Shown one piece after another: positions 62,196 to 64,000 of a stretch of 64,000 bases of DNA (the first letter of the stretch is position 1; the number at the start of each line of letters is the position of its first letter). Source of the DNA: an uncultured Gemmatimonadales bacterium (GTDB lineage: Bacteria; Gemmatimonadota; Gemmatimonadetes; Gemmatimonadales; Gemmatimonadaceae). A program made the translations under genes and the position numbers. The notes beneath the pieces are model-generated. The model was not told the DNA's origin. It did not search any database and worked only from the letters and a program-made list of their open reading frames with translations. The stretch is taken from positions 832,001-896,000 of the forward strand of contig CAWKMU010000003.1 in assembly GCA_963850905.1 (NCBI GenBank), written 5' to 3'.

Positions 62196-64000
62196 CTATT
62201 CTGCCCTCAACGCCACAATCGGATCGATGCGGGCTGCGCGGCGCGCGGGGATGAGACCGGCGATCGTGATGCAGAGGATGAGGCCTGCGGCCGCCAGGGC
62301 GGAGTTTCGGGGGTCCGTCGGACTCACCCCATAGAGCTGGCTCGCGATCACGCGGCTGGCGATGAACGCGATGGGGATGCCGAGCAGCACACCGATGGCG
62401 CCCTGCACGAGGACGCGCTCGAGCACCATGCCCGTCACGACGCCGCGTCGCGCCCCCAGCGCCATCCGCAGACCGATTTCGCTCGCACGTCGTGACACAC
62501 CGAAGGCGGTCAGCCCATAGAGACCCACGCTCGTGAGCACGAGCGCGAGTAGCCCGAAGAACGTCGCGAGCGCGGCAACGACATCATCTTGGCTGAGCGC
62601 GTTGCTGAGATGATCCGCCACGGTCGCGACGTGCATGACGCTGAGTTTGGGGTCGATACCGGTGAGTGCGGAACGGACTTCGCTCGCAAGGGCGTCCGGC
62701 CGGCCTATCGCCCGGATTTCAATGACGTCGGCGAAATCGGTTTCCGTCAAGACGCCGATCGGATTGTGCGGCGCCTGCAGGAGCGGCAGGAAGGCGGTGG
62801 GGAAAGGATCTTCGCGGATGTCATCGTACTTCGCGTCCTCGACGACGCCGACAATCTCCAGATCCCTGGCCTTGTCCGCGCCCCCGCCAAAACCGAAACG
62901 CTTGCCGATAGGATCATCGTGGGAGAAATAGCGTCGGACAAAGGCCTCGCTCACCACGGCCACGGGCGGGGCATCGGGTGTGTCGCGCGCATCGAATGTG
63001 CGGCCACGGATGAGCTGCGTTCCGATCGTCTGGAAGTAGCGTGTCGACGCCCGATCGATCCGGGCATGGGGTTCCTCGTCCGGCTTGTGGATGTAGCCGT
63101 CGATTGCAATCGAGAATGACGTACAGCACTCGTTGAGGGGACTGTAGGTCGAGAAACTGGCGCTCGTCACGCCGGGAAGCGCGTTGAGCCGTTGCTCCAT
63201 CTCCCGGTACAGCGGTGCCAGTTGCTGGTGGTCGTAGCCAGCGCGTTCGGGATCGACGTTGATCGTCAGCACGTGTGCACGGTCGAATCCGAACTGTTGC
63301 TGTGCCAGGTTCTCCAGGCTGCGCACAAAGGCGCCGGCGCACGTGAGCACAACCACTGACAGGGCGGCTTCGCCAATGATCAGAGCAGCGCCCAGTCCGA
63401 GTCGGGCGCGACGGTGCCCCGACCACTCGTCGGGCGCGGTCGCGCCCTTCATGCCGTGAGCAATTTCGGTCCCAATGTGCAGGGTCGGCAAGACACCGAA
63501 CAGCACCACGGCGACCACGGACAGCGCCAGTGTAAACGCGAGCACCCGGAGGTCCGGCGCGACCTGGATCGGGACGAAGTCCGCTCCCCGAAAGGCCGCG
63601 GCGACGAGGAGCTTCGTGCCAACGCCCGCAATCACCAGTGCCAGCCCTCCGCCGAGGAGGCCCAGGGTGAGGCTTTCCGCCAGTGACTGCCGCATCAGAC
63701 GCCCGCGACCGCCTCCGAGCGCGAGACGAAGCAGTCGTTCCCCCCGGCGGCTCGAGCCGCGTGCGAGCAGGAGCGCGGCAATGTTGGCACAGGCGACGAT
63801 GAGCACCGTCAGTGTGATCGCGAATAGAATCTCGAGGCTGTGGCCATACTCGCGCTTCATCCCGGCAACACCACCACCCGCCGGCGTGAGCTCGATGTAG
63901 TTCGCCAGGATTTGCTGCCGGTCCTCGTCGGAGATGGCCGAGCCTTCCCGGGCGAAGCGCCAGTTTCGCAGCGCGGCGGTGAGGCGAACCTGCGCCCGGG
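62196..64000 (-). CDS. ABC permease, ADOP/MacB-FtsX duplicated type; 5' end lies beyond the window
   Basis: LIVACANIA, RLALG, GLYG..VSRRASEIGLRMALGA, PARRAARIDP..ALRAE; frame open to the window edge. Confidence 0.92.
   Translation of the reverse strand, partial: RAQVRLTAALRNWRFAREGSAISDEDRQQILANYIELTPAGGGVAGMKREYGHSLEILFAITLTVLIVACANIAALLLARGSSRRGERLLRLALGGGRGRLMRQSLAESLTLGLLGGGLALVIAGVGTKLLVAAAFRGADFVPIQVAPDLRVLAFTLALSVVAVVLFGVLPTLHIGTEIAHGMKGATAPDEWSGHRRARLGLGAALIIGEAALSVVVLTCAGAFVRSLENLAQQQFGFDRAHVLTINVDPERAGYDHQQLAPLYREMEQRLNALPGVTSASFSTYSPLNECCTSFSIAIDGYIHKPDEEPHARIDRASTRYFQTIGTQLIRGRTFDARDTPDAPPVAVVSEAFVRRYFSHDDPIGKRFGFGGGADKARDLEIVGVVEDAKYDDIREDPFPTAFLPLLQAPHNPIGVLTETDFADVIEIRAIGRPDALASEVRSALTGIDPKLSVMHVATVADHLSNALSQDDVVAALATFFGLLALVLTSVGLYGLTAFGVSRRASEIGLRMALGARRGVVTGMVLERVLVQGAIGVLLGIPIAFIASRVIASQLYGVSPTDPRNSALAAAGLILCITIAGLIPARRAARIDPIVALRAE

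Overview
High-GC bacterial chromosomal window. The gene content (SusC-like receptor, ADOP-type permease, DinB, many S/T/G-rich lipoproteins) suggests Gemmatimonadota, but this is inference. No rRNA, tRNA or CRISPR array was seen. Bases 1-43 kb hold mostly stand-alone genes: amino-acid and PLP enzymes, soxCD, a P450, msrA, an S53 peptidase, and beta-propeller lipoproteins. Unusually structured intergenic DNA separates them: (i) ten dispersed GTAG-type REPs and (ii) a family of long hairpins with a GGCCAGT..GTGCAC..ACTGGCC core and inverted arms of 7-bp tandem repeats. At 43-44 kb a REP-associated tyrosine transposase (RAYT) is flanked by a second REP type, including a 120-bp head-to-tail array. 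Bases 44-62 kb form an indole/aminobenzoate catabolic region. Its minus-strand block encodes a kynureninase-like PLP enzyme, a bicupin, a permease and a TDO-family heme enzyme carrying SLKGR in place of the GTGGS loop. Its plus-strand block encodes an isatin-hydrolase-like cyclase, IorAB and an abm-type 2-aminobenzoyl-CoA cluster with no CoA ligase. My best candidate for a new system is a kynurenine-independent route: Trp -> (di)oxindolylalanine -> isatin -> isatinate -> 2-aminobenzoyl-CoA (hypothesis). Several single-base frameshifts are probably assembly errors. Product calls come from motif recognition only; no searches were run.
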